IMG/VR virus record: IMGVR_UViG_3300037088_000332
Reading direction: 5' to 3' (one strand)
DNA length: 64,000 nt
Origin: an uncultured virus (IMG/VR IMGVR_UViG_3300037088_000332)
Lineage: Duplodnaviria; Heunggongvirae; Uroviricota; Caudoviricetes
Under the pieces are notes generated by a model, which saw nothing but the letters and a program-made list of their open reading frames with translations, searched no databases and had not been told where the DNA came from. Made by a program: the position numbers and the translations under genes. Positions within the stretch are counted from its first letter, which is position 1, and the number at the start of each line of letters is the position of its first letter. Below are positions 1-9,752 of the stretch, in pieces.

Positions 1-161
1 AGTGCTGCTCAGCACAGAGTGCTGCTCAGCACAGAGTGCTGCTCAGCACAGAGTGCTGCTCAGCACAGAGTGCTGCTCAGCACAGAGTGCTGCTCAGCAC
101 AGAGTGCTGCTCAGCACAGAGTGCTGCTCAGCACAGAGTGCTGCTCAGCACAGAGTGCTGC
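1..161. repeat. 17-bp tandem repeat (AGTGCTGCTCAGCACAG) x9 plus partial, truncated by the window edge
   Basis: Perfect units read directly; each contains the inverted repeat GTGCTG-CT-CAGCAC. Confidence 0.97.
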
Positions 162-163
162 AA

Positions 164-391
164 CACTGGCAGGCTTATGAAAAGGCCTGTCTAATTTTTC
201 CCAATGGGGTCCCCCCGGAAAGGTGTAACCGGGGGTAGGGGGGGTCAAAACACTGGCTGGCTTATGGTATCGTTTTGCTTTGTGTATCCAATGGGGTCCC
301 CCCGAAAAGGTGTAATCGGGGACACAGGAGGCTATAATACTGGCTGGCTTATGGAACCGGTTCATGGGAAAATCTCAATGGGGTCCCCCCT
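164..391. repeat. ~87-bp degenerate direct repeat, about 2.6 copies
   Basis: ACTGGCWGGCTTATG at ~165, ~252, ~338; CAATGGGGTCCCCCC and AAAGGTGTAAYCGGGG also recur. Confidence 0.85.
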
Positions 392-693
392 TGCATCCGC
401 TGCTGCGGACGAAAAAGAACGGAGGTTACTTTCCTCTGTGGCCAGTAGGTCAGGTGTAGACCAGGTTTCCGGTTCTTCTTTCTCTCCTCGAACCCCTTGG
501 CTTGCTCCTTCAAGGCACATATCTCTTCCGGGACCACGGGCGGTTGGAATACCCGCTTCCAGTCCTCCTCGATGAGCCTTTGTACCACGTCGTCCAAGAC
601 CACGCCCGTGACTATGCCCTCGTAGTGCATGGCCAGCATTCGCAGCTTGGGGATGACAAAGCCTGGGACTACCACTGTCTGGTTGTCTACCAT
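349..693 (-). CDS. hypothetical protein
   Basis: 114-aa ORF starting inside the heptamer repeat; N-terminal half looks protein-like. Confidence 0.45.
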   Translation of the reverse strand: MVDNQTVVVPGFVIPKLRMLAMHYEGIVTGVVLDDVVQRLIEEDWKRVFQPPVVPEEICALKEQAKGFEERKKNRKPGLHLTYWPQRKVTSVLFRPQQRMQGGTPLRFSHEPVP

Positions 694-777
694 CTACCAT
701 CTACCATCTACCATCTACCATCTACCATCTACCATCTACCATCTATCATCTACCATCTATCATCTACCATCTGTCAT
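687..777. repeat. heptamer tandem repeat (CTACCAT) ~13 copies
   Basis: Read directly; variants CTATCAT and CTGTCAT at the right end. Confidence 0.95.
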
Positions 778-1045
778 CCCTCACTATACGCCTGACCCTT
801 ACCTCAACTTCAACGATGCCGCACGGGGCATCATTCCCTGTTACGCATTTGCGGTGCTTCTTAAGGTCTTTCACGGAGGGATACACGGTGCTCCCGCCCA
901 TGGAGTGGCCAAGCTCATGGTCAAAGTCAACCTTGCACATGTATCCACGGACGACATACTGTGCATACCTGATGCCACGCTTGAAGACTTTCTTCTCTGC
1001 CATCCGTTCTTTTCTCATCATTGGTGTACCCTCCTCAGACTGGCC
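764..1045 (-). CDS. hypothetical phage protein
   Basis: Part of ORF 764..1087; start uncertain; stop lies in the heptamer repeat. Confidence 0.5.
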   Translation of the reverse strand, partial: GQSEEGTPMMRKERMAEKKVFKRGIRYAQYVVRGYMCKVDFDHELGHSMGGSTVYPSVKDLKKHRKCVTGNDAPCGIVEVEVRVRRIVRDDRW

Positions 1046-1877
1046 TCGGGGTATTCCTCTGTCCAGCGGCGGTTGGCGAACCCACATCTAAGCTGTAGGG
1101 TGTCACCCCTGTCGGGAGAGAGCCAGTAGAGCGCAGCTCCGTCGTGGTCGTTGCCACGATACACGACGAAGAGCCGTATGCCTTCTTCTGTCTCCACCAA
1201 GGTTCTCAGCGGTATCATAACCACACTATAGGGTCAAGGAACTTCGTCTTGTCGAACATTCTCATCAACCCCCCTTTCTCTTTTACCCTTTGCTCGGTAG
1301 TTCTTGTCTTCTGGAACAGCTTGAGGCAGGCATCGGCGAATGCCCATGAGAGGATACATGGATGTACCTGTCGAGCTTCCCTGCTTGTTCCAGGTCAGTG
1401 AGTTTGCTCTTCGAGAGCATGTCCTCCAGCCACCAGAAGTCTGTTGGCTGGCTAGGTGTATTGATGGGGTCGTTGGCATAAAGGATATGGCAGAGCGTCT
1501 TGATGTCCATGCTGGACGATGGGTTCTCCCATGGCCAGTGGGTAAGCTACCTGCAATCGAAGAGTTTTGAGAGTATGTGCAGTTGGCTTATGATGCCGGG
1601 GCGAGGCTTTGGCGGGGTCTTTGGGAGGTATTGTCCCATGATGGTGCCGTCGATGTCGATGTACAGGCGTGGTTTGTTTGTTGTTTTCATGGAAACTTGC
1701 GAAAAAGCTTCGCCTATTCTTAATTAAGCCCCGCCGCCTCGGGCGGCTTTGGCCCTTGGCAGCCCTCTACCTCGCACATCTTGAAGTCGTCCCCTGGCAA
1801 CCGACCCTTCCCCTTGAAGCTCAGGTCGTGGTGGCTCGCCAGCACTTGCTCCTCGGCTTGAGGGTTCTTTGGTGTGG

Positions 1878-2081
1878 TCACTGCCTGTTCTCCCTTGCCC
1901 ACTTGAGTATCCCATGGGCAGTCTCCCTCGCCGCTTCGGATATATTGGTGCATCCCCGCATCGCACGGGCTACCTCTTGCGCCAAGGGGGACAGCCTTCT
2001 GGCCAGCCTCCGGGCGTGCTTGTCGTCCATGTCGTCCAAGGAGGCCAAGGCGGTGCAGTCACCGAGGCTCAGTCCAGTCAT
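1878..2081 (-). CDS. small hypothetical protein, paralog of 5966..6169
   Basis: Shares LSPxAQEVARxMRGC..SEAARETAHGILKWAREN with the second copy. Confidence 0.8.
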   Translation of the reverse strand: MTGLSLGDCTALASLDDMDDKHARRLARRLSPLAQEVARAMRGCTNISEAARETAHGILKWARENRQ

Positions 2082-2125
2082 CTGGGTCCGCCCCTAGGGT
2101 CTTCAAGCTTATCAAACTCCCTCGT

Positions 2126-2758
2126 TCAGTTATGGCTGGCCCGCTTTTTCTTCCCGAGCATGACCCTTACCCCTGCCTCGAATACCGAACCATAGCGCCC
2201 TGTGCAGGCGGAGGAGCAATAGGAAGGCTCGGTGTAGTGGTCCAGTCCTGCCATAAAGACGGGGCGTACCCGTCTATTGCCTATCTCTAGCGTGACTTGC
2301 AGAGACTGGTTGTGGTTCTGGTCTAGTGCGACGGGGTAGAGATAGTCTATATATACCCAGCTCTTGTTGACGGGAATGCCCGCCCCGCCGATGACCCATA
2401 GGCTGGACTTACTCCATGAGGGGGTGTGCAGGTTGAGGTACTCCACTCCCCCGCCAAGATAGATTTTGCGGGCACGGAAGTATTCCTTGCTCCTATATCC
2501 GATGCTATATCCTGCCCCTGCCCCAAGCTTGTCCACCTTGGGGGAATAGAGGAACTCGTTGATGCAAAGAAGAGCGGGCCCGTTGTGCTCAATTCCGCCC
2601 CGTATGACCCCCTCGGCGGAGCCATATCCCATCCCCATCATTCCCTTGATGCTTCCTTGAACATAAGGAACCGTGTTTTGGAACGGGTCTTGGGCGTGTG
2701 TGCCTATCGGCACCAGCATCATCATCAGCAATAGCGTGGTAACCAGTAGATTCCTCAT
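2126..2758 (-). CDS. exported, outer-membrane beta-barrel-like protein
   Basis: Signal peptide MRNLLVTTLLLMMMLVPIGTHA; alternating Gly/aromatic beta strands. Confidence 0.6.
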   Translation of the reverse strand: MRNLLVTTLLLMMMLVPIGTHAQDPFQNTVPYVQGSIKGMMGMGYGSAEGVIRGGIEHNGPALLCINEFLYSPKVDKLGAGAGYSIGYRSKEYFRARKIYLGGGVEYLNLHTPSWSKSSLWVIGGAGIPVNKSWVYIDYLYPVALDQNHNQSLQVTLEIGNRRVRPVFMAGLDHYTEPSYCSSACTGRYGSVFEAGVRVMLGKKKRASHN

Positions 2759-2786
2759 ATCCCCCTTCTCCTACAAGCTATGGTTT

Positions 2787-3278
2787 TTAGCGCTGCTCGA
2801 ACTTGAAGCCCAAAAGCCGACCGATGCGCTCCTCCTCCACCTTCTCCAATAGCTGGAAGAGGACAACGAGGACCTCGGAGTAGCCCATGGCGTGCTGGAG
2901 CGGCCTTCTGTCGTCCAAGGCGTTGCCGGTCGGCTCCCGTGTGTCGTCCCAGTAAAGGCTGAAGGGGCACGACGGCGTCCTTCCCGTGACCTCGTACATG
3001 CTGAGCCAGCGACCGCCGATGCAGAAGTCCTGCACGGGCAGCATTGACTCACTGGCCATCGGGAAGCGTTCCCTGTCGCTGATGTTCGGCGACCTCGACC
3101 TCGACCTGAATACAGGCTTCTCATGCCACTTTTCAGGAGTATAGGGGGGGATGCATTGGTTATGGTCGCAGTCGGAGACCAAGACCCCGCCCTCATAGGT
3201 GGCCTCGTCGCCCTTACCGTAGACCTTAGTGCTATCCCACGGGAGAATCGTCTTGGGTTTTTCCATGCTCCCTGGCAT
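2787..3278 (-). CDS. hypothetical protein with N-terminal CBM5/12-like carbohydrate-binding motif
   Basis: PWDSTKVYGKGDEATYEG...PP...KW resembles the WxxxxxYxxGDxVxYxG motif. Confidence 0.5.
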   Translation of the reverse strand: MPGSMEKPKTILPWDSTKVYGKGDEATYEGGVLVSDCDHNQCIPPYTPEKWHEKPVFRSRSRSPNISDRERFPMASESMLPVQDFCIGGRWLSMYEVTGRTPSCPFSLYWDDTREPTGNALDDRRPLQHAMGYSEVLVVLFQLLEKVEEERIGRLLGFKFEQR

Positions 3279-3487
3279 AATCCACCTATTTGCTCAATAC
3301 TGCCGGTGCGAGAATTTTCTCCCACTTTACCGAGGAGAAGGGGTTGTTGCAGAAGTTATTGTTTTCCTTGGATACGAACATGCTGTCCCCGAACAAGCAC
3401 TCATGTCCCTTGCCGTAGACGATGGCGGCGTTCCACTGGCGGGACTTGGGGGTTTTGTCCGAAGATTGTGGACTACTGTGGACGGAT

Positions 3488-3874
3488 TTAGCCATGGTCC
3501 ACCTTTGCCCACATCTGGTCCCACCGAGCGGAGACTTCCTTCATCATCTTTTCGTTGCCTTCCCACCCGCCGCATGCCTTCGCCCGGCGATTCAGGGCGT
3601 TTGCTTTGGTTTTGAGTGCTCTGGGACCAATCAACACTTCTGTGAGGTCGTAGCGCCCGCCGTCGCCCAGCAACAGGCATCCCTTGAGTTTTTCCTGTCG
3701 AAACCAGTTCATAGCGTCCCCAAGGGCCTCCTTCTCGCTGGTGTAATTCTTGCCAGTGTTGTGGTATAGGATGTGGTACCGGTTGTTGCACTCGTCGCTT
3801 ACGGCCACCCAGTAGTGGGCCGCCTCGGGGGCAAACCCCACCCATGTGGATACCTTGGCGGAGTAGATGTTCAT
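3488..3874 (-). CDS. hypothetical protein
   Basis: 128-aa ORF in a tightly packed minus-strand run. Confidence 0.65.
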   Translation of the reverse strand: MNIYSAKVSTWVGFAPEAAHYWVAVSDECNNRYHILYHNTGKNYTSEKEALGDAMNWFRQEKLKGCLLLGDGGRYDLTEVLIGPRALKTKANALNRRAKACGGWEGNEKMMKEVSARWDQMWAKVDHG

Positions 3875-4352
3875 AGTCCGTCCGGTCCCCGTGCCACCAT
3901 GGCTCGGAAATCCTTGTTGCCGTCAAAGTAGAAGGTGGCGTGATATTCCCTCTTCCCGATGTGTATCCACGCTTCTTCCGGCTCTCTGGATTGCCGCTTG
4001 AACTCATGGTTCTCGACCTTGAGACCGTCCATAAGTTTGAGGACCTTGAGCAATGCACGGTAGTCATTGGGCTTGTTCTTCTTTGGTCTTGGCTTGGAGT
4101 TTTTTAGCATCACGCTCCTGGATTGTAGACGAAGCATCCCGTCTTGTCCGCAAGCTTCTGTTCCGCCTCCTGTAGGGTCTTGGCGGCCACGGCCGTCGGG
4201 TAGTCTTCGTTGGTGACGAGGATGTAGTCTTTCCCGTCCCGCAGGATTGAGCAGGTCCTCCTCCCGTGGTTGCTGCATCTATGCTTCATCTTCCCCTCCC
4301 TCACCGGCTCATTAACGTCTTCAACCTTAGTGTGACCATCTCGTTCCCCTTC

Positions 4353-5486
4353 CTACTCATAATCCCGTATAGCAAGACCCACGGGGAAGCGGGGTCTTTT
4401 GTCCTGCGTCCAGTTCTGGAACTGGACCGTCAGGACTTTGCCTTCCCACAGGCTGTGGTCCTCAAAGTAATCCTTGAGCTTCTTGAGGCTGCCTTTTTGC
4501 TTCGCCCGGAACTCCAAGTTGTTCTTGGTAAGGCAGACGAACTTGCCGACATGCCCTTGCAGCCTGCCCCTACCTTCTTCAATACCGATAATCTGGAATT
4601 CGTTGGTGTCGAAATGCTTAAACTTCAGGAGGTCGTAGGAGCGCTTGAAGACATATAGTCCGGCTGCGTTGCGCAGTATCAAGCCTTCGTAGCCCAATTC
4701 CACCATCTTGTCGTGCCACATAAGGACATCGTCTGCCGACTCAATGATGAACGTCTCCACCCGGACAAGCGGATTGTTTGGGAGATTGCTTTGGAGATTG
4801 TTTGGGATGTTGTCCTCCATCCATACATTCCTAGTTTCGAAGTCTCCAAGCAGGACGGCATCATAGATGTGGTACTGGACGACCTCGTGTCCGGCGACAG
4901 GGGCGTCGGGGCGGACAAGCTCGACGATGTTCTCGAAGTCGTCCCTGTAGTCGTGGTTGTACAGTTCCCCGTCCAGGGTAGTGTCCCAGTATGGGAAGGC
5001 AGCAAGAATGGCGGCCTCGATATGGGGCATGGACCTGATGCGCTTGCGGGTCCGGGTCCAGAGGGATACATCATTGCCCTTCTTGATGGCGGTGCATCTG
5101 ATGCCGTCGAGCTTTGGCTGGCCAAAGCAGGGGAAATGCATCTTGGCGGCGTGGTCCTTGTATCCGTGCGCCAGCATTGGCAGGATGCCGCCCTCTATGA
5201 CCCCATCCACCTCATCAGCCTCGGCAAGGGCGGGCGTCCTGACATACCCTTTCTTAAGCTGCTTGTTCCATTTGGCCTTTGCTTCCAGGCTTGCCTGCTC
5301 CTCGGGGGTGGTGGAATTCGCCCGCCCAACATTCTTGCCTTCCTTGATGGTGTCGGTTGTTTCCTGTGGGGAATTTGTGCCCACCTGCCCATAACGGGTG
5401 ATGATATTTGCCCCGGATGCAATAATTTCCCAGAACTGGATGGCTCCCGTGCTGGTCTTCTTGTAGAGTTTTGGAAATGCTTCCAT
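4353..5486 (-). CDS. lig: ATP-dependent DNA ligase with N-terminal WGR-like domain
   Basis: QPKLDGIRC (motif I), LDGELY, YEGLILR, LLKFK, C-terminal PRFP; SD GGTGG. Confidence 0.95.
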   Translation of the reverse strand: MEAFPKLYKKTSTGAIQFWEIIASGANIITRYGQVGTNSPQETTDTIKEGKNVGRANSTTPEEQASLEAKAKWNKQLKKGYVRTPALAEADEVDGVIEGGILPMLAHGYKDHAAKMHFPCFGQPKLDGIRCTAIKKGNDVSLWTRTRKRIRSMPHIEAAILAAFPYWDTTLDGELYNHDYRDDFENIVELVRPDAPVAGHEVVQYHIYDAVLLGDFETRNVWMEDNIPNNLQSNLPNNPLVRVETFIIESADDVLMWHDKMVELGYEGLILRNAAGLYVFKRSYDLLKFKHFDTNEFQIIGIEEGRGRLQGHVGKFVCLTKNNLEFRAKQKGSLKKLKDYFEDHSLWEGKVLTVQFQNWTQDKRPRFPVGLAIRDYE

Positions 5487-5495
5487 TTAAACCAC

Positions 5496-5834
5496 CTATC
5501 CTAACTCTCCCTTGAGGATGTTCAGTAAATAGTCCTTGAGCTGCTGGCGCTCCTCTTCATTGAGAGACACAGTGAACTCCCCCCATTCCGGGTGATGCTC
5601 TAAAAACCATGCGCTGAGGACGGGGGTGAGCTTCTTGACCACATCCTCAGGATAGTTATAAGGGATACCACTGCTGGTACGGTCATAAGAGTGGTCAAGG
5701 GCGCAGTCCAAGACCCCCTCCACCATATCCTCGGGGTCGGTGGGGTCGATGTAGCCTTGCCGGTCGCTCCACTCCACCAGGATGAGCCCGCAGTGGCAGT
5801 CGGGGCATTCGGGATGCTTTGCTGGCTTTTTCAT
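5496..5834 (-). CDS. hypothetical protein
   Basis: 112 aa, SD AGGAAGG, CPDC motif. Confidence 0.7.
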   Translation of the reverse strand: MKKPAKHPECPDCHCGLILVEWSDRQGYIDPTDPEDMVEGVLDCALDHSYDRTSSGIPYNYPEDVVKKLTPVLSAWFLEHHPEWGEFTVSLNEEERQQLKDYLLNILKGELG

Positions 5835-5965
5835 AATATTTCCTTCCTTTTTGGCTTTCTGAAGGGGGTCAGATTATGCTTCCGCTTCCTTCTCGCCGTC
5901 TTCAAGGGTGGCTCTTGACGACCAGCAGCGCACATCTCCCGTGTCTATCTTATACTTGTTTTCGG

Positions 5966-6169
5966 TCATTTTTTGTTCTCTCTCGCCCACTTGAGTATCC
6001 CGTGGGCTGTTTCTCTGGCTGCCTCCGATACACCAATACATCCACGCATCCCACGGGCAACTTCCTGCGCTTGGGGGGATAATTTCTTGGCCAGCCTCAT
6101 TGCGTGCCAGTCGTTCATGTCGGCCAAGAGGGCTAGGGTAATACAGTCGTTGGTGTTTATCTCAATCAT
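5966..6169 (-). CDS. small hypothetical protein, paralog of 1878..2081
   Basis: Near-identical C-terminal half to 1878..2081. Confidence 0.8.
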   Translation of the reverse strand: MIEINTNDCITLALLADMNDWHAMRLAKKLSPQAQEVARGMRGCIGVSEAARETAHGILKWARENKK

Positions 6170-6419
6170 CAGGGTGTCTCTGGCTCCTCTTCTCAGCCTC
6201 GAACTCGGCGTCACGGAACTGTTCTCGGGTTAGGAGTTTTTGACTCATGGCATCAGTACTCTATGTATCCAATTAGCACGCTCAAGACCGCTGGGATGAG
6301 CATCCCTAGACCGAAGAAGGCACACGCCCCAGCCTTGTTTGCCGGGTTGTTAAAGTAGATGGTTAGGGCAATGAATGCCAAGCCTGCCACATACATGATG
6401 AATAGTTTCATGGCTTCTC

Positions 6420-6788
6420 CTAGTACCGCAAAAACCCCGCATATCCTTTCCAGTCGTCGTTGCTCAGCATCCCGAACACGATGTGGAGGCACCGGACGGT
6501 GGACCACTCAATCTTGTCGTCCCGTTTCTCCTCAAGGGTTCTGCGGAAGGCTAGGGATGTTTCCTTGAGGACCTCCCAGTCCCTCTTCTTGGTGCCCGCC
6601 TTCTCCTCTACTACCAAGTTGAGGTAGACGGTGTCAAGGTAAGCTTCCCACACCCCGTTGTCGATGAAGTGGAAGAGGTTCCAGAGCAGGATCATGGGGG
6701 TGGAGTAACAGCATTTCCGCAGGGCTGCGTGCAAAGCCTCCCCGAGGGTATCCTTGTCAACTAGCTTTAGTGCTTTTGCTTTGGGCAT
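6420..6788 (-). CDS. hypothetical protein with internal duplication
   Basis: 122 aa, SD AAGGAG; LWNLFHFIDNGVWEAY resembles LHIVFGMLSNDDWKGY. Confidence 0.7.
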   Translation of the reverse strand: MPKAKALKLVDKDTLGEALHAALRKCCYSTPMILLWNLFHFIDNGVWEAYLDTVYLNLVVEEKAGTKKRDWEVLKETSLAFRRTLEEKRDDKIEWSTVRCLHIVFGMLSNDDWKGYAGFLRY

Positions 6789-7203
6789 CGTTAAGCTCCT
6801 TTTCCTTGCATAGGTCGATTAAAACTTTGCGGACAGTGCTGGCATTGAATATGTAGCCTCCGGTTGAACCCGCCAAGGCGATTGAGCCAATCTTGATTAC
6901 TGCCTTTTCCAGAGCCTTGTCATCAGTGAGTGATGCCCCTTCAAAGTCGCTCCACTTTTTGCGGGGAGGTGCTTCCCCCTTGTTCTTGACGATAAGCACA
7001 ACGGGGGCTTCTGAGGAACTATCTTTGCTCTTAATGCCCACGGTCATCTTCGCCGACTTGTCCCCATTGACCCAGCAGGTCTCACAGGGACCAAAGGACT
7101 TCAGGAAGACATCCCACATGGTGGGCCATATACCATGCTGTGTTTCTTTCGGGTGCAACTTATCGTAGCATGTTTTACAGATAAACGCCATATCATACCT
7201 CAT
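6757..7203 (-). CDS. hypothetical protein with two CxxC motifs
   Basis: ORF track; CKTC and CETC. Confidence 0.65.
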   Translation of the reverse strand: MRYDMAFICKTCYDKLHPKETQHGIWPTMWDVFLKSFGPCETCWVNGDKSAKMTVGIKSKDSSSEAPVVLIVKNKGEAPPRKKWSDFEGASLTDDKALEKAVIKIGSIALAGSTGGYIFNASTVRKVLIDLCKEKELNDAQSKSTKAS

Positions 7204-7215
7204 CGTTAAGCTTGC

Positions 7216-7812
7216 TCATTCTGGTCTCCAAAGGTCCAGGTAGTCGAGGATGCCACCTGTCTTGACGAACAGGATGGGCTCCGTGGCGATGGCGGTCATG
7301 ACCCTATGGGGGCTGCCGTCTTCCTTGACTCCGTAGACTTCCCTGTTCTCGTCGTAGAAGGGGTAGACCCGACCGCTGAGGCGCTGGTCCAGGAGCCGAT
7401 AAACATGGTGAAGCTCAAAGCTGTCCCGTGCCGCCAGCATAATGCTGGTGACGGGCTTGGCGATGATGTCCCACAACTTGCTCAGATATATATCCCTGTC
7501 TTCCTTTTCGGATATCCGATACTTTCCCGCTAGGAATGGCACAAGGACACGCTCCGCCATTTTTAGATGGACTAATGCCTTGGCGTGCCCGACCTGCATA
7601 GCCGCCCGCCCAGCGACCTGCTTAACGCTCACGGCGTTAGGAATTCGGGACAACATCTCGTGCCCGTCAACCAATTCCAGACCTACTGGAATCTGGACTG
7701 AATTTGCGACCACGACATAGATGCGCCTGTCGTCCCCGCCAAGGATATCCACGGCCCGCAGGAGCAAGTCCTGGAATTCACCACCGTCATTTTCAGGTTT
7801 ATTTGACATCAT
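7216..7812 (-). CDS. hypothetical protein, possibly peptidyl-tRNA hydrolase 2-like fold
   Basis: RIYVVV...GRAAMQVGHA...VMTAIATEPI...LDLW resembles the PTH2-family pattern; start uncertain. Confidence 0.45.
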   Translation of the reverse strand: MMSNKPENDGGEFQDLLLRAVDILGGDDRRIYVVVANSVQIPVGLELVDGHEMLSRIPNAVSVKQVAGRAAMQVGHAKALVHLKMAERVLVPFLAGKYRISEKEDRDIYLSKLWDIIAKPVTSIMLAARDSFELHHVYRLLDQRLSGRVYPFYDENREVYGVKEDGSPHRVMTAIATEPILFVKTGGILDYLDLWRPE

Positions 7813-7974
7813 TTCCCCCTCACATAAATCCAAAGACATTGGCGACCACAAAGAAGCCGCCCCAGACCATAATCAACCCGGTCCACCACAGCTTCTTTTC
7901 GCTGTGGACCACCATGTATCCAAGGAAAACCAGACCGGTTCCGACAGCAATCTGGAGGATGTCAAGAAGCTCGC

Positions 7975-8313
7975 TCACTTTTTCCTCCCCTTTATATAAT
8001 ATATCGCTACGGAGTCAATTTCAGAGCAAACTGCCATAAGCCTGAAAGCCACGGCGTCATGGGCGTGCTTGGCCGCCGCACGCAGGGTGGTGTCAGCCTT
8101 GCTGTGCCCGAGACCTTTGGTCCATTGCTTCACCTTGTAACCGAGCTTTTCGAGCGAAACCTGGTGGAAAAGCTCCACGTCCTTGAGCAAAGCCTTGAGT
8201 TCCTTCTGCGGCCACTTGCCGAGGACGGGAAACAACCCTTCGACGCCGCCAGCTTGGAAGCACTGCTTGAGCCGGGCGCTCGGGATGGCATCCACTACCA
8301 TGGGTTTTGACAT
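7975..8313 (-). CDS. hypothetical protein
   Basis: 112 aa, SD GAGGAG. Confidence 0.7.
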   Translation of the reverse strand: MSKPMVVDAIPSARLKQCFQAGGVEGLFPVLGKWPQKELKALLKDVELFHQVSLEKLGYKVKQWTKGLGHSKADTTLRAAAKHAHDAVAFRLMAVCSEIDSVAIYYIKGRKK

Positions 8314-8944
8314 TCTATGCTCCTCACCATCTCACCCTGCGCCATGTCACGGGCGGGACGGGTTTCCGCAGGATGTCCCCAAGCTCCCGTAGGGACTCGG
8401 AAAGCCTTTGGTTGACTTCGTTCATCTCTTTCAGGATTCCAAGACCCTCATTCCTTGTTTCATGGAAGGTTGCAGCGGCTTCTCTGACTGCGCTCTTATC
8501 ATCCGGGTTCATGCGCTCTCCAGTTCATTGTTCGTCGGAGCGAACACGTGACTAATGATGGTGCCGCAGCCCCCGCACTCTAGGTAGGCGTGGGCGCTTG
8601 TGTACCTTGCGTGCATGCTGGGCTTGAAGGGCGGAAAACCGTTCTCGTTATGGGCTGTCCGCCACGCTTCAGCAGCCGGGCAGTCGTGGTGCTCAAGGTA
8701 TAGCTCAATGGTCAGGTGCGGTGGTTTCGCTAATGCCATAGTTATCTCCTTTTTTCGACCTTGACTACGGCGCTGACGAGGTAGCCGTTTGCATCGCCTC
8801 GGTCACGTAGTTGTGCGGCTCGCCGAACAATTTCTTCCCAGACATAGATTTGGGGAACCTTATGATTCATGATGCCTACACATTCTTGGGCTATCATAAT
8901 TGTAACCGCCAAGTCCATGGCGTCCTTGCCGTTAAGTGGCTCTG

Positions 8945-9307
8945 TCATACTGTCTCCTCAATGGAGGCTTGCAACGCTTCCAATATTTCGGCAATATCCC
9001 CACTCTTTCTTATTGTGTGGTAGCCATCCTCCTCCATCTTACTGCGCTGGCGGTCGTCGCCGGTAAATCCCACGAAGCCTTTTCCCAGTTGTTCCGATAA
9101 CCGTGCCACCTTTGGCCAACAGACATCTTCGAACGCGCCGAGGGCTGGGGGGAAAATACCGTCGCAGAGCACGGTGTCACACCAGGGAACCTCTGCCAGT
9201 GCCGAATTTAGGTAGGGTACGGCATGCACCTCGTGACCAGCGTCTTCGAACGCCATGGTCAGGGCTTCCCGTAGCTCGTCGTGGTCTTCCACCAGTAGAA
9301 TTTTCAT
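8945..9307 (-). CDS. single-domain response regulator receiver (CheY-like)
   Basis: MKILLVEDH, VLCDG (phospho-Asp), FTG, conserved Lys; SD GAGGAG. Confidence 0.85.
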   Translation of the reverse strand: MKILLVEDHDELREALTMAFEDAGHEVHAVPYLNSALAEVPWCDTVLCDGIFPPALGAFEDVCWPKVARLSEQLGKGFVGFTGDDRQRSKMEEDGYHTIRKSGDIAEILEALQASIEETV

Positions 9308-9752
9308 TGGTTCTCCTCAGTTGAACAAGCATCCTTGGAGCGGACGGCATCCCTCTGCCTTCATTATGGTCCGATGCAATATTGACCGCAGGATTGCCCC
9401 CTGCTGCATCGTAAGCTCCGTCCAGCTTGCTGCCGGTGTTTCCCGGTACTTGGGGACCAGAATCCGGTTTCCCCATTCTAAGCGGACACCCTTGCTCTTG
9501 TGGTCAAGGCTCATGGTCTTGGCGGCGTGTGGCCAAGCCTTCATAAGCTGGCTCATAGACCACCGGTTGATTTTCCTGTTGCCTGTCCTTAGCATAAGCT
9601 TAACCCGTGTGCCCTGCCGACTGACGCCCCGGTATCGCCTCAGAAGCCCTGTGTAGGGGCAATGATTATTGTCCGGGTGTGCAACGCCACCACACTGGCG
9701 TGTCTGTCGGCAGGGCACACGGGGCGACCTTTGGGGGGTCGCCCTATGCCTT

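Noticed and set aside
1..391. CRISPR array
   Set aside because: The 17-mers are contiguous with no spacers, the 87-bp units are degenerate along their length, and no cas genes are present.
2..1129. Plus-strand ORFs with STECCSAQ or STIYHLP repeats
   Set aside because: They are translations of nucleotide tandem repeats, on the strand opposite local gene flow.
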